Positions 49,880-62,410 of a stretch of 64,000 nucleotides of DNA are shown here, piece after piece. This DNA is from Felis catus (Eukaryota). Location: assembly GCF_018350175.1 (NCBI RefSeq), contig NC_058368.1, positions 92,754,001 to 92,818,000 of the forward strand, read 5' to 3'. Every line of letters starts with the position of its first letter. The stretch's first letter is position 1. The position numbers and the translations under genes were made by a program. Under the pieces are notes generated by a model. It ran no database searches. It was not told the origin of the DNA and saw nothing but the letters and a program-made list of their open reading frames with translations.

Positions 49880-50038
49880 TTTTGTTTTTGTTTTTTAAAC
49901 CATCCAACTTATTTTTTTTTTAATGTAGAGTTTTTAAAGTTCTATTTTAAGTAGGCTCCACACCCAACATGGAGCTTGAACTCATGACCCTGAGATCAAG
50001 AGTTGCATGCTCTACTGACTGAGCCAGCCGAGCACCCC
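49880..50038 (-). mobile_element. Short, older Can-SINE
   Basis: TSD tgtgactcctttt. Confidence 0.88.
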
Positions 50039-51052
50039 AGTGTGACTCCTTTTGGGTGCTTTATCATCACTGCTGATTTCCCTCCACTGAGGAAGAAAAT
50101 GAGGATCAATATCCACGTGAAAATAAACTAGTAAAATGAGTTTTACACTTTTGTCAGCATTTAAGTAGGAAATACAGAGACTTTTTGATGTATGTGTCTT
50201 CAGACTTCTACAGAGGCTCAACTTTGCTCATAACTTAACAGGATAAACAGATGGAGGGAAGGCAGACAACAGCTCCCTAAACTATTTGCTGTCTGGCGGT
50301 TGCTTTCCACTTTGGTCTGATTTGCTTCATCGGGTGGTTGAATGTGTCCGTCGGAAGATAAGTGAATTCACACACAGCATGGCTTCATAATCATGTTACA
50401 TTTCAGGAGAAGCTGTATGTGATCAAACTTGTTAATGACAGTTTCTATGGAAGTAAAGCAATTTTCAAAGCTTTTAGAAGATTATCAGAAGCTGGAGATG
50501 ACAGATTGAAGATACAGTCATCTCTCTTCTTCCTCCAAAGCCTGTTCTGTTTATTTCCCTTGTGATAGGAGCGACTTTAATGCATGACCTTCCCACTTCA
50601 ATTCATTTAGTCTTTAAGTGGGCTTCTCTTGGTTTTATGTAACACTATTCTCTTGGTATTTTTAAGTGCTTCCTCTTAACGGTTCCAAGAATATAGCGGT
50701 TAATTTTCTGCATTGCATTTTCTCTCACTCTGGAATTCAGGTTAGTCATGGAGTTAAGGTTCCATTTGTCATTTTGCTAAGGTCACATCCTGTGGCTGTA
50801 TTGAATTTAGGTTGTATTTTGGTGTTCTGGCTTGATGTATCTCCTGAATTATGACCAGAAATACTTGGCAAGTGAATGATCTTTTCTGTTTCTTGCCTGT
50901 GACCTCCCATCTTTTCTAATTCTGTCATAGTTTGAGGAAGAGTTTGGTTGTGGCTTAGTCCTTGAAGACTGAATGCAGAGACATTAGGGTGTATAGCCTT
51001 GTTGAGATTTTCCCAAGACAGAATTCATCTAATAGAACAGAGGCTTTAAGGA

Positions 51053-51800
51053 ACTGTATTAGCTATCCATTGCTGTGTAACAAATGGCCCCCAAACCTAG
51101 CAGTTTAAAACAATAATCATGTATTACCTCTCAGTAATTGAGGATCAGAAATTTGGATGTGGGTTTACTCAGTGGTTCTCACTTGGGTTCCAGGTCACCA
51201 GGTTTTAGTGAAGTGGTTGCTCGGGATACAGTTCTCAAGACTCAGCTGGAAGCATCTATAAGCTCAGTCCTGTGGAGGTTGGAATGCCTCCGTTCCTTGC
51301 TGGCTGTTGGCCGGAGGCTTGGGTTCTTTTCCATGTGCTTTTCTGCACAGGGCTGATCACAGCTTGGGAACTTGCATGTCCTAGAGTGATATAAGAGAGA
51401 AGAAGGAGGGGCGCCTGGGTGGCGCAGTCGGTTAAGCGTCCGACTTCAGCCAGGTCACGATCTCGCGGTCCGGGAGTTCGAGCCCCGCGTCAGGCTCTGG
51501 GCTGATGGCTCAGAGCCTGGAGCCTGTTTCTGATTCTGTGTCTCCCTCTCTCTCTCTACCCCTCCCCCGTTCATGCTCTGTCTCTCTCTGTCCCCCCAAA
51601 AAATAAATAAACGTTGAAAAAAAATTTTTTTAAAAAAAAAAGAAGGAGGAGAGAATAAGACAATGCTTAAGACAGAAGCCTCAGTCTTGATAACCTGTAG
51701 GAAGTGATGCACCATCATACCTGCCATATGATACTGGTCACATGGACTATTTTTTGTACTGTGCAGGGGTGGGGGGACTACAAAAGGACTATTAGACCTG
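51053..51800 (-). mobile_element. MaLR LTR (MLT1-type) with nested SINE
   Basis: tgtattagctatccattgctgtgtaacaaat...aaacctagcagtttaaaacaa terminus; ggaagtgatgcaccatca..ctgccata. Confidence 0.75.
51408..51640 (+). mobile_element. Young felid SINEC_Fc
   Basis: Diagnostic motifs; TSD agaagga. Confidence 0.96.
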
Positions 51801-51929
51801 GTACCAAAAATACTCTGGCTTTCACTTATCCAATGCCTACAGAGTGGTTTACTGAATTGACCTCCTCCCTTCTTCCTTGTGACACTTTCAAGCAGAGAAT
51901 ATTATCTCCATTTAGAAAATAGAGGTTCA

Positions 51930-52140
51930 GGGGCGCCTGGGTGGCTCAGTCGGTTGAGCATCTGACTTAGGCTCAGGTCATGATCTCGCGGTCCGTGAGT
52001 TCGAGCCCCGCGTCGGGCTCTGGGCTGATGGCTCAGAGCCTGGAGCCTGCTTCTGATTCTGTGTCTCCCTCTCTCTCTGCCCCTCCCCCTTTCATGCTCT
52101 CTCTCTGTCTCAAAAATAAATAAACGTTAAAAAAAATTTA
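51930..52140 (+). mobile_element. Can-SINE (felid type)
   Basis: Perfect TSD tagaaaatagaggttca. Confidence 0.96.
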
Positions 52141-52157
52141 TAGAAAATAGAGGTTCA

Positions 52158-52385
52158 GGGGAGCCTGGGTGGCTCAGTGGGTTAAGCGTCTGACTTTGGC
52201 TCATCTCATGATCTCAGGGTTCATGGGTTCGAGCCCTGTGTTGGGCTCTGTGCTGACAGCTCAGAGCTTGGAGCCTGCTTAGGATTCTGTGTCTGCCTCT
52301 TTCTCAGGTCCTCCCCAGCCTGTGCTCTGTCTCTCTGTCTCTCAAAAATAAAAAAAAAAAAATTTAAAAAATTAAAAAAAGAAAA
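52158..52385 (+). mobile_element. Can-SINE
   Basis: TSD agaaaatagaggttca / agaaaacagaggctca. Confidence 0.94.
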
Positions 52386-52919
52386 AAGAAAACAGAGGCT
52401 CAAAGCAAAGAAGATGAACAACTAGCCTGACATCACAGTCAGTAGGTGAAGTGCTCAAACGCTATGCACTATCCTGTGCTTTCCTTACTTGGGAATCTGC
52501 CTTGTCTGCTTTGAGACCCTGTTGACACTTCTAAAAGAGAATTCCAAACATCTTCCCCTAAAGCTGTCCTTGGCTCATTTCTACACCCCCTACACACAAT
52601 CACTACCTCTATAGCAGTTCTGGCCATACATTTCCTCATGTAGAGCATTTACAACATTAAAATGAGGCTCCATCTTAAATGTCTTGAGTGAACTTTTAGA
52701 ATTCTGCACAACACTTGAAAACAAGTCCAACGCTGCATTCTCTTGCCATGATAGATACTATGCAAAGATATAGAAATAAGGATTTTACCTTCAAGGAACC
52801 CAAAATATTTAAATAAAACCACACACAAGAAATTGCTCTGAACATTTGTATTTGTCTATTTTATTAATCCAAGGTTCCCCCATTTTCTTCAGACTTTTAA
52901 AGATATTTTTAAGAAAGTT

Positions 52920-53089
52920 GGGGCACCTGGGTGGCTCAGTTGGTTAAGTATCTGACTCTGGCTTAGGTCATGATCTCGCAGTTCATGAGTTCGAGCCCTG
53001 CATCGGGCCCTGTGCTGACAGCTCAGAGCCTGGAGCCTGCTTCTGATTCTGTGTCTCCCTCTTTCTCTGCCCCCTCCTGCTTGTGTTCC

Positions 53090-53145
<56 letters not shown>

Positions 53146-53177
53146 ATCAAAAATAAATAAAAACGTTAAAAAAAAAA
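52920..53177 (+). mobile_element. Can-SINE with long (CT)n
   Basis: TSD aaagttg. Confidence 0.95.
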
Positions 53178-53671
53178 GTTGAAGATGACTTCTGTAGGTC
53201 AAAGCATATCACCCATAAGGATTTTGCCTCAAATGCCAGGATGGTTACACTCTGTGGGCAAATATAATAAAACAAAATGGCATGCAAGATAGACATGGAT
53301 TAAGAAATGGCAAAATGGTTTGAGTTGACCCATTCACCGCAGCTGTACTGTTCTTCCCATCTCCCAAATCCATATGGATATTTTCCCCCCTCTGAGTCTC
53401 AACTAGAGCTCATGGTCAACATCCAGAACTTGACTCAGTCACTGCTAACAAGTCTCATTTTGTCCAGAAACTGAAACTTTGCTGTATTTAATATTTAATC
53501 GATTCCTTTACTATCACCATTACAGCTGGCAATATATTTCAGACAATATCTGTAATCCTACTAAGTCTGTTTCTCCTTAAATCCCTTGCTTTTATCGTTA
53601 TGGCTGACCGTATACACAGGGATTTGGGGGGTTTATAGTTAAACAAGTGCATGTATTATTTTAATAATAAT

Positions 53672-53880
53672 TAAAACGTTTTAACATTTATTTTTGAGAG
53701 ACAGAGACAGAGCGTGAGCAGGGGAGGGCCAGAGAGAGAGGCAGACACAGAATCTGAAGCAGGCTCCAGGCTCCCAGCTGTCAGCACAGAGCCCGACGCA
53801 GGGCTCAAAACCACGGGCCGCAAGATCATGACCTGAGCCAAAGTTGGCCGCTCAACTGACTGAGCCACCCAGGTGCCCCC
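53672..53880 (-). mobile_element. Can-SINE
   Basis: TSD attttaataataatt. Confidence 0.95.
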
Positions 53881-54043
53881 ATTTTAATAATAATTTTAAA
53901 AGAGAAATATCAGCCTTCTTATTCTAGCTTTATTTTTAAATAAAAGCAAAGTTCCATGTAAAAATACTGTTTATAAGCCCCTATTGTGTTAATATCAAAG
54001 GATAGTTTGGCACTATTTGTATGCACATCTAAAGGCTCCATCA

Positions 54044-54273
54044 GGGGCGCCTGGGTGGCGCAGTCGGTAAAGCGTCTGACTTCAGCCAGGTCACGATCTG
54101 GCGGTCCGTGAGTTCAAGCCCCGTGTCAGGCTCTGGGCTGATGGCTCGGAGCCTGGAGCCTGTTTCCGATTCTGTGTCTCTCTCTCTCTCTGCCCCTCCC
54201 CCGTTCATGCTCGGTCTCTCTCTATCCCAAAAATAAATAAACGTTGAAAAAAAAATTATAAAAAAAAAAAAAA
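54044..54273 (+). mobile_element. Young felid SINEC_Fc
   Basis: Diagnostic motifs; TSD aaaggctccatca. Confidence 0.96.
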
Positions 54274-54334
54274 AGGCTCCATCAAAGTTTGAAGGGACAA
54301 ATCTATGAAGAAAACCAAGTACTTACCTGTGAAT

Positions 54335-54530
54335 CTATTTTTTTTAAATGTGAATTTACTTTGGGGGGCGGGTGCAGGCAGGCAAAGAGAGGAAGACCCA
54401 GAATCTGAAGCAGTCTCCAGGCTCTGAGCTGTCAGTACAGAGCCTGATGCAGGGCTTAAACTCAGAGACAGTGAGATGATGACCTGAGCCGAAGTCAGAT
54501 GCCCAACCAACTGAGCCACCCAGGTGCCCC
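54335..54530 (-). mobile_element. Can-SINE
   Basis: Reverse head and tail. Confidence 0.9.
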
Positions 54531-54904
54531 TATCTTTCCTAATAACCATTACTGAGGAATAGCTTATTGGAGTTTTGGACTAGGAGAAAGACCAGGCTTG
54601 AAGTGATGTTGCTTTGGAGAGTCTTCATAGGAAAGTTGTCTGTCATCTGCACTGGTTCCACACCTCTTAGGTCAGTGCCTCATCGTGGATTTGAAATGGC
54701 TCTCTTTTGGTGGTTTTCTGTGCCCGCTGTGCATACACCAAGCATGAATGGTCAGCAAAATGAGTTAATTTGTCACATAGAGTACATTTTATTCACTTCT
54801 CTTTCTAAAAATCTGTAGAACTCATTAAACAGCATGTGATGGTAGGAAATTGACATCAATTATTTATAAACATGAAATTAAATAAACCATCTAAAGCTTT
54901 GTAC

Positions 54905-55124
54905 TCTTTTTTTTTTTCAACGTTTTTATTTTTATTTTCGGGACAGAGAGAGACAGAGCATGAACAGGGGAGGGGCAGAGAGCGAGGGAGACACAGAATC
55001 GGAAACAGGCTCCAGGCTCTGAGCCATCAGCCCAGAGCCTGACGCGGGGCTCGAACTCATGGACCACGAGATCGTGACCTGGCTGAAGTCGGACGCTTAA
55101 CCGACTGCGCCACCCAGGTGCCCC
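54905..55124 (-). mobile_element. Young felid SINEC_Fc
   Basis: Diagnostic motifs; TSD aaagctttgtactctt. Confidence 0.96.
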
Positions 55125-55714
55125 AAAAGCTTTGTACTCTTAAAAGCCTAAGTGGGTGACAGTAGGAATGGTCTGAATGTGGGGAAAGCCAGTGAGATAT
55201 TTTCTGGGCAACTTTTGCTACAGCAGAGTTTTTGTCTCTGTCCAAATGGGGGTGTAAGAAAGCAGTAAGAAAAAAAAAATCCCTTGAATTGAGTTGTCTT
55301 TGTTCCATTCGGTTAGCATTTTGTATCAAATCAGAAATTGTTAAATTATTGTTCTTACCCCTGCCGTTAATGTCAGAACTTTTAATCTAATTCATACATT
55401 TGATAAAAATCCTTGGAAGGGGTTGCCAAACAGAATTTAAAACAAAGTTGCTACCAAGAAGGATAATTTCTCAGTTAATGGTAAAGAGGTTTCAAAGACT
55501 TGACTTTATGTTCCGAACATTATACTAGCATCTTCATGGGAAAAAAAAGTAATAGTGGGAATGTATTCCCTCATTATGAGGGAAACTTGTGACTCATTAA
55601 ATAGTAGTAAATATGATCATTATAAGACTAAGATTGGTACAAAGAAAATAGAAATGAGAGCTATCATTTTACTCTGGTCAAAAGGTAATTCATAGTATAT
55701 TCTAATTACCAGTG

Positions 55715-56830
55715 TTTGTTTTTAACTTAAAATTGAAGTATAGTTGGCATACAGTATTATGTTAGTTTCAGGTGTTAGGACACAGTGATTGGGCATTTGT
55801 ATACATTATAAAACGCTCACTGAGGTAAGTCTAGTTGCTGTCTGTGATCATACAAAGTTGTTACAATATCATTGACTATATACTCTATGCTGTACTTATA
55901 TCTCGTGGCTTATTTATTTTATAAGCGGAAGTTTTTACCTCTTAATCACTTACCCCCTTCCCCTCACTCCCCTCCCCTCTGGCAACCACCAGTTTGTTCT
56001 CTGGTATTTATGAGTCTGTTTCTGTTTTGTTTGTTTGTTTGTTCATTTGTTTTGTTTTAGATTCTACATATAAGTGAAATCTTATCATATTTATCTTTTT
56101 CTGTTTGACTTGATTCATTTAACATAATATCCTCTAGGTCCAACCTCGTTGTCACAAACGGAAGATTCGTTCTTGTTTTTTCTTATGACTGAGTGATATT
56201 GCTGTGTGTGTGTGTGTGAACAGCACACCTTTATTCATTCATCTTTTGATGGACACTTAGATTGCTTGGCTATAATATTTTGGCTGTTAAAAATAATGCT
56301 GACATAAGCATAGGAATGCATATAACCTTTTGAACTAGTGTTTTGGGGTTTTTTGGTGGATACACCCCCAGAAGTGGAACTGCTGGATCATAGGATATTT
56401 CTGGTTTTAATTTTTTGGGAACTTCCATACTCTTTTCCATGGTAGCTGCACAAATTTACATTCTCACTAACAACATATGAGGATTCCCTTTTATACACAC
56501 CCTTGCCAACACTTTTATTTCTTGTGTCTTTGATTTTAGCCATTCTGACAGGTGTGAGGTGCTATCTCATTCGGGTTCTGATTTCTGTTTTCCTGATGAT
56601 GAGTGATGTTGAGCATCTTTTCATGTGTCTGTTGGCCATCTGACCGTCTTCTTTGGAAAAACGTCTGATTAGGTCCTCTATTTTTTAATCAGATTTCTTT
56701 GGTGTTAAGTTGTATAAATTCTTGATATATTTGGGATATTAACCCCTTCTCATATTCATCATTTGCAAGTATCTTCTTCATTTCGGCGGGCTGCCGTTTT
56801 GTTTTCATTTGCCTTTTGCTTTTCATCGAT
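55715..56830 (-). mobile_element. LINE-1 3' end (degenerate ORF2 C-terminus plus 3'UTR)
   Basis: Homologous to the copies at 6900 and 16625 (ttagccattctgacaggtgtgag, catcttttcatgtgtctgttggccatc). Confidence 0.9.
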
Positions 56831-57069
56831 GATGAAAACCTTTGCATTAACTATAGTTCTTTACATTTCTGTAATATTGAAATATTATAGCTGCTACATA
56901 ATGAGAGAGGAACAAGCAAGTATTCTTTCTAGTTTGAAAATTAGCTTTACATACTTGAATTTTATTAAAGAGGCTAAACATGATATGTAATGTTTTTCAC
57001 ATCTTTAGTTAAACTACCTGATGAGCATAGCACTATTTTACCTCAATAACCTGGTTATCCAGACACTGG

Positions 57070-57292
57070 GTTTTGTTGTTGTTGTTGTTGTTGTTTTGAG
57101 AGACAGAGAGAGGAAGAGAAAGTGTGGAGGAGGGGCAGAGGCGGGGGGGGGGGCGGCGGAGAGAACACCCCATACAGGGTCTACGCTCAGCAAAGAGCCT
57201 GACAAAAGAGCTCGGTCCCATGACTGTGGGATCATCATCTAAGCCAAAATCAAGACTCAGAGGCTCAACCAACTGAGCTATCCAGATACCCC
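57070..57292 (-). mobile_element. Can-SINE with (GTT)n tail
   Basis: Reverse head and tail; degenerate TSD ccaga.nctg. Confidence 0.88.
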
Positions 57293-57352
57293 TCCAGATC
57301 CTGTTTTTTAATTATGACATGGAATGATTAGAAGATAATAGAAAATATTAGG

Positions 57353-57535
57353 GTTTTTTTCAGCTTTATTGAGATATAGTTGATATACAACATGGTATAT
57401 TTCAGATGTACACCACCATGTTTGGACTTACATATATTGTGTAATGATGACCACAGTAAGTGTAGTTAACAACCATCATCTCGTAGAGATATGAAAAAAA
57501 AAAGATAAAAATATTTTCATCCTTTTAGTGAGAAC
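57353..57535 (-). mobile_element. LINE-1 extreme 3'UTR fragment
   Basis: cagctttattgagatatagttg...accacagtaagtgtagttaac. Confidence 0.7.
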
Positions 57536-57974
57536 TGAAAATAGTTTTTAAAGGATTATTTTTTGTATCACTGAAGGAAAGCATAAATTTTCTTTAAAAG
57601 AATTTTAGGGGCACCTGAGTGGTTCAGTCACCACCATTATATATGAGCTTCTGACTCATATAAATTGAGGTAGAGAAATGAGAAATTTGAAGAATGTTGG
57701 ATAAGGAAGATTTTATATACACAGACAGACACACACTGAAAGTCCTCTTGTTATCTCAATTGAACTTTCAGGTTGAGCTTGAAAACTCCAGCTGAAGATA
57801 GGAAAGGCTAGCTAGGAACCTCTCTCTGAGAAGTTCTGCTAGAATGACACCTTTCAATTATTTAAGCTCTTATATTTATTTTATTAAATAGTTATTTCTT
57901 ATGTAGGTAAAATATACTAGCATTGTAATCCATAAATCCTAGCTGCACGGTTGTGATAAATGAACTCACTGTAT

Positions 57975-59130
57975 TCATTTTCTTAATGGCATCTCTAGAT
58001 GAGAAGTTTTTAATTTGATGAGATATAATTTATGCTTTTTTTTTTTCTGTGATTACTCCTCTGTGTGTCTGGAGGGATATTTGCCTGCCCCTGGTTCAAG
58101 ATGATACTCTCCTTTAAAAGAAAAAAAAAACAACAACAAAGGCTTTATAGTTTTTGCTTTCTCATTTGAGTCTGTTTTCCACCCCGAGTTCATATTTTTG
58201 TATGGTGTGAGGTAGGGATCGGGATTCATCTTTGTTTCTGTATGTATATCCAGTTGTGTTTACATTGTTGGTGGAAAGGGCTTTGCTTTGGCACTTTTAC
58301 TGAAAGTCAGTTTAAGTGTAATCTATACCCATCTCTGCATTCTCCTACTTTGTCACTTATTATATGAATACCTGACTTTTTATTACTGGTGCTTTTTCAA
58401 AACTCATAAATTCAGGTTGTAAAACTCCTCCACTGTTTTCTTTACAAGATTCGTTTTAATTTTTTATAATCTTTGCATTTCTATATGTATTCCGAGTCAG
58501 CTTGCTACTTTTTTTCTATAAAAAATGTCTGCTGGAGGGGCGCCCGGGTGGCGCAGTCGGTTAAGTGTCCAACTTCAGCCAGGTCACGATCTCGCGGCCC
58601 GTGAGTTCGAGCCCTGCGTCGGGCTCTGGACTGATGGCTCAGAGCCTGGAGCCTGTTTCCGATTCTGTGTCTCCCTCTCTCTCTGCCCCTCCCCCGTTCA
58701 TGCTCTGCCTCTCTCTGTCCCAAAAATAAATAAAAACGTTGAAAAAAAAATTAAAAAAAAATGTCTGCTGGAATATTAATTGGGAAGAGTGACATCTGAA
58801 TAGCATTGGATCTACTAAGCCATGAATATGATAAATTTATCCATTTATTTGTCTTCTTTATTTTTTCTAGCAATATGAGAGGTATGCATCACTTTATTTC
58901 TAAATTTTATAGATTCTTATGGTATTGTAAGTGAAATGGATTTTTAATTTCATTTTCTAATTGTCTCTCACTAGCATGTAAAAAATACTGATTTTTTGTA
59001 CATTGACCTTATATTCTGTGACCTTCCCACATTTCCTCCTTAGTTAAATGTTTTTGTAGATTTCTTAGGATTATGTACATATATGATCATGTTGTATGAA
59101 AAGAAAAACAATTTCATTTATCCAATTTTT
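57975..59130 (-). mobile_element. Old LINE-1 ORF2 relic with nested SINE
   Basis: gaagtttttaatttgatg, tttttgtatggtgtgaggtaggg, ttgaccttatattctg motifs. Confidence 0.75.
58537..58760 (+). mobile_element. Young felid SINEC_Fc
   Basis: Perfect TSD aaaaaatgtctgctgga. Confidence 0.96.
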
Positions 59131-59799
59131 ATGTAGATATGATAAAACTGTAATTTATGATGAAGAAACAGAAGAGACTGTATGAAGCATGCTTTTGGAG
59201 AGCAGTCACACTGTAAGACATTTAAAGAAAGAAATCACAGGTAGTGTTATTGTAAAATGCTAGAATTGTCATCAACCAATGAGGTTGAAGGTTTCTACCT
59301 TCAGGCCTTTATCCAAGCTCAATTCTTGATTTCACAATGTAAGATTTTTAGAGCAGAGGATGGAGAAGTATTCTTGGCCTAAAGTGGTTGACAGAGTATA
59401 TCTTTAATACTGAAAGAAATGGAGATCAGAGGTTTGCTCAGGCTTGACATGAACTATAAAATTTCTCTGCTCCAACCAAGTTGATTATCTGTCCCTAGGA
59501 TCTTGGAATTCAGGACATCTCACTGTGGTGTGATGTGATGTGATGTGGTGTGATGTCCTGAAGCAGTTTTTGCACAGACGTGGGATCAGGGAAACATTCT
59601 AGATGCTTGTGCGTGACCTTGAAGAGGTACTGGAATTACTTTTGGCAACTGGGATTGCTTCAGTGAAGGCTCTAGTGGCTGATTAGGACTGATGGTTGGC
59701 AAGGGAAGAGCCCTCAGAGCCAAGTGGAGAAGAGAGTATTATTTTTGCTCTCTTCCTCTTTTGTAGAGGAAGAATTGTGATACTTTTTGGTACCCTGTC

Positions 59800-60222
59800 T
59801 CTGGCTACCTTAGAAAGGAACTCTGAAACAGACTCTGAGATGAAGATTTGTATGCATGAGTTGGGGACTGCTCTTGGGAGCAACACTCTTAATGGAGTGA
59901 GCAAAACAGAACTGGACAAAGGAAGAAGCTGAGCTTAGATGGGGTTGTAACAGAGGCCAAGCCAGTCCTGGAGGGAGCACTAACCTGAGATGGACTTTTA
60001 GAATTGTCCCTAATGAAAGCAAGGTGATGGGTTTTGTTTTCAATCAGTCATTGAATGTGAGCTTCCTCAACAGAGGGTGTGTAACCTTAGACTAGGCAGG
60101 GCTTTCAGTGGGGGGTCAGTTTCCATGAAGGGACTCAACTGTGGGTTGTCAGCAGGCAGCCTTCCCGCAGCTAGGGAAATGAGAGGCTTAGTCCTAAGCT
60201 AGTGTATTTCAGCATCCTCTAC
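59800..60222 (-). mobile_element. ERVL-class LTR relic
   Basis: aaacagactctgagatgaagatttgtatgca...tgctcttggga motif. Confidence 0.55.
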
Positions 60223-60319
60223 ACAAATCAAAACTATCCAGTTGTGCTTGTAGGATCTCCACAAGTAGAGTGGACTAGGGAAATAACTATCAGACACTTT
60301 ATACTATTTTGACAGCAGA

Positions 60320-60530
60320 ATTTTTTTTAGAGGTTATTTATTTATTTTTAGAGAGACAGAGACATTGAGAGTGGGGGAGGGGCATAGAGAGAGGGAGAGA
60401 GAGAATCCCAAGCAGGCTCCTCACTCTCACCACAGAGCCCACTTAGGGCTCAAACTCGTGAAACCATGAGTCATGACTTGAGCTGAAACCAAGAGTTGGA
60501 TGCTTAACTGACTGAACCACCAGGCACCCC
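60320..60530 (-). mobile_element. Can-SINE
   Basis: Reverse head and tail. Confidence 0.93.
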
Positions 60531-60780
60531 AGAGATTTTTTTTTTAAGATTACCAGATGCCATTATCACACATAAAAGAATTAGCACTAATTCCTTAATG
60601 TCACCTGAGACTTACGCCGTTGAAATTTCCCCAATAATATCAGAAATGTCATTTTAAAATTCGTTTGTTAGAATTAGGATCCAAAAAGAGGAGTTATGTG
60701 GTGTTAATAAGCTCTTATATTCATTGATTTTATTGTATTTATTTATTTATTTTAAAATTTTTGTTTTAATTTATTTTTTT

Positions 60781-62212
60781 AATTTTTAAATTTTTTTAAT
60801 TTTTTAATTTTTTAATTTTTTATTTTTTTAATATATGAGATTTATTGTCAAATTGGTTTCCATACAACACCCAGTGCTCATCCCAAAAGGTGCCCTCCTC
60901 AATACCCATCACCCACCCTCTCCTCCCTCCCACCCCCCATCAACCCTCAGTTTGTTCTCAGTTTTTAAGAGTCTCTTATGCTTTGGCTCTCTCCCACTCT
61001 AACCTCTTTTTTTTTTTTCTTCCCCTCCCCCATGGGTTCCTGTTAAGTTTCTCAGGATCCACATAAGAGTGAAACCATATGGTATCTGTCTTTCTCTGTA
61101 TGGCTTATTTCACTTAGCATCACATTCTCCAGTTCCATCCACATTGCTACAAAAGGCCATATTTCATTTTTTCTCATTGCCACGTAGTATTCCATTGTGT
61201 ATATAAACCACAATTTCTTTATCCATTCATCAGTTGATGGACATTTAGGCTCTTTCCATAATTTGGCTATTGTTGAGAGTGCTGCTATGAACATTGGGGT
61301 ACAAGTGGCCCTATGCATCAGTACTCCTGTATCCCTTGGATAAATTCCTAGCAGTGCTATTGCTGGGTCATAGGGTAGGTCTATTTTTAATCTTCTGAGG
61401 AACCTCCACACTGCTTTCTAGAGCGGCTGCACCAATTTGCATTCCCACCAACAGTGCAAGAGGGTTCCCGTTTCTCCACATCCTCTCCAGCATCTATAGT
61501 CTCCTGATTGGTTCATTTTGGCCACTCTGACTGGCGTGAGGTGATACCTGAGTGTGGTTTTGATTTGTATTTCCCTGATACGGAGCGACAATGAACATCT
61601 TTTCATGTGCCTGTTGGCCATCCAGATGTCTTCTTTAGAGAAGTGTCTATTCATGTTTTCTGCCCATTTCTTCACTGGGTTATTTGTTTTTCGGGTGTGG
61701 AGTTTGGTGAGCTCTTTATAGATTTTGGATACTAGCCCTTTGTCCATTATGTCATTTGCAAATATCTTTTCCCATTCCGTTGGCTGCCTTTTAGTTTTGT
61801 TGGTTGTTTCCTTTGCTGTGCAGAAGCTTTTTATCTTCATAAGGTCCCAGTAATTCACTTTTGCTTTTAATTCCCTTGCCTTTGGGGATGTGTCGAGTAA
61901 GAGATTGCTACGGCTGAGGTCAGAGATGTCTTTTCCTGCTTTCTCCTCTAAGGTTTTGATGGTTTCCTGTCTCACATTCAGGTCCTTTATCCATTTTGAG
62001 TTTATTTTTGTGAATGGTGTGAGAAAGTGGTCTAGTTTCAACCTTCTGCATGTTGCTGTCCAGTTCTCCCAGCACCATTTGTTAAAGAGGCTGTCTTTTT
62101 TCCATTGGATGTTCTTTCCTGCTTTGTCAAAGATGAGTTGGCCATATGTTTGTGGGTCTAGTTCTGGGGTTTCTATTCTATTCCATTGGTCTATGTGTCT
62201 GTTTTTGTGCCA
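60781..62212 (-). mobile_element. Young 5'-truncated felid LINE-1 (L1_Fc-like)
   Basis: ORF2 is in one frame from 62212 ([14 protein letters not shown]...) to 61052 (...RYHMVSLLCGS*) with a single premature TAG at 61418-61420. Long T-rich tail; TSD ttaatttattttt. Confidence 0.96.
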
Positions 62213-62410
62213 TTAATTTATTTTTGAGAGAGGGAGAGACAGAGCATGAGCAGGGGAGGGGCAGAAAGAGAGGAAGATACAGAATCTGAAGCAGACTCCA
62301 AGCTCTGAGCTGTTAGCACAGAGCCTGACGTGGGGCTCGAACTTGTCAACCTGGAGATCACGACCAGAGCCGAAGTCGGCCACTTAAAGGACTGAACCAC
62401 ATAGGCACCA
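62213..62410 (-). mobile_element. Can-SINE whose A-tail (remainder at ~60732-60780) was split by the young L1
   Basis: TSD tcattgatttt at 60721 and 62412 encloses both elements. Confidence 0.92.
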
